A stretch of DNA of 64,000 bases, taken from Deltaproteobacteria bacterium. GTDB lineage: Bacteria > Desulfobacterota > Syntrophobacteria > BM002. A program made the position numbers and the translations under genes. The stretch lies in assembly GCA_020353155.1 (NCBI GenBank), contig CP070689.1:1038302-1102301 (forward strand), read 5' to 3'. How positions within the stretch are numbered: the first letter of the stretch is position 1; every line of letters starts with the position of its first letter. Under the pieces are notes generated by a model. It was given only the letters and a program-made list of their open reading frames with translations. It was not told the DNA's origin and did no database searches. Below are positions 63,701 through 64,000 of this stretch, piece after piece.

Positions 63701-64000
63701 ATGAAATTGACCTTCTTGGGAACTGGTTCTGCCTGGTCCCTGCCTGAGATAGGTTGTGATTGTTTGATATGTAGGCAAATGCATGAAAAAAAAGAGAAGC
63801 GTCTCCGCACCTCTTTTTACCTGGAGGCGCGAGAGAAGTTATTAATCGATTGCGGGCCCGACATAGTGCAGCAATGGTGGGCTAACCGCTTGAAGTCCCT
63901 TGATGGAGTTCTCATAACTCACGAGCATGGAGATCACTATCTGGGCCTCGATGAGTTAGTTGCTTTGCGACGTTCCACTGCTCCGCATAACTGGAGTCCC
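63701..64000 (+). CDS. MBL-fold metallo-hydrolase (PhnP-like), 5' part only; runs off the window
   Basis: My translation: MKLTFLGTGSAWSLPEIGCDCLIC...LITHEHGDHYLGLDEL (HxHxDH motif). GGGGAG RBS. No stop before the window end. Confidence 0.7.
   Translation, partial: MKLTFLGTGSAWSLPEIGCDCLICRQMHEKKEKRLRTSFYLEAREKLLIDCGPDIVQQWWANRLKSLDGVLITHEHGDHYLGLDELVALRRSTAPHNWSP

Overview
64-kb chromosomal segment of intermediate GC content (not computed). Gene content suggests an anaerobic Gram-negative bacterium, possibly Desulfobacterota/Syntrophia-like, but this is inference only. I support about 58 protein-coding genes. I recognised no rRNA, tRNA, CRISPR array, transposase, integrase or phage genes. 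Recognisable genes include trpS, trmJ, adenine deaminase, a Dus-family enzyme, an ECF sigma/anti-sigma pair, an AmmeMemoRadiSam system, a Qng1/DUF2419 queuosine-salvage protein, a NamZ-like DUF1343 protein and a GAF-GGDEF cyclase. Seven things stand out. (1) A co-directional block at 36.4-54.0 kb runs from a glycosyltransferase/histidine-phosphatase/deacetylase cluster into an uncharacterised envelope module. The module has a small FtsX permease, a MacB/LolD-type ATPase, a 1618-aa protein fusing a degenerate M28/PA peptidase-like ectodomain to a full FtsX permease, and two ~650-aa polytopic membrane proteins of unknown family. This is my best candidate for an undescribed system. (2) An intact CysK/CysM-type cysteine synthase is fused to a CysRS paralog that has lost the HIGH motif, part of KMSKS and the zinc ligands. 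(3) Near-identical 158/179-bp inverted repeats flank a 6.4-kb, 8-gene block. The block includes a double-zinc-ribbon thioredoxin, a PqqD-like protein, an FDH-type formyltransferase, an HD protein and a DmpA/S58 peptidase. (4) Nearly every intergenic spacer is filled by nested imperfect palindromes built from degenerate 7-8-nt word arrays. Within these are true dispersed repeat families, two MITE-like elements, and a terminal-repeat-like motif that sits directly after stop codons. (5) An ABC exporter has a ~250-aa insertion in its ATPase domain and is coupled to cNMP-binding, RsbW-like, STAS and FHA genes, with no sigma factor in that gene cluster. (6) A MrfA-type DUF1998 helicase is fused to a DEDD exonuclease. 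(7) The AmmeMemoRadiSam proteins carry export signals. All family assignments come from motifs read by eye in the supplied translations. No database search was run.
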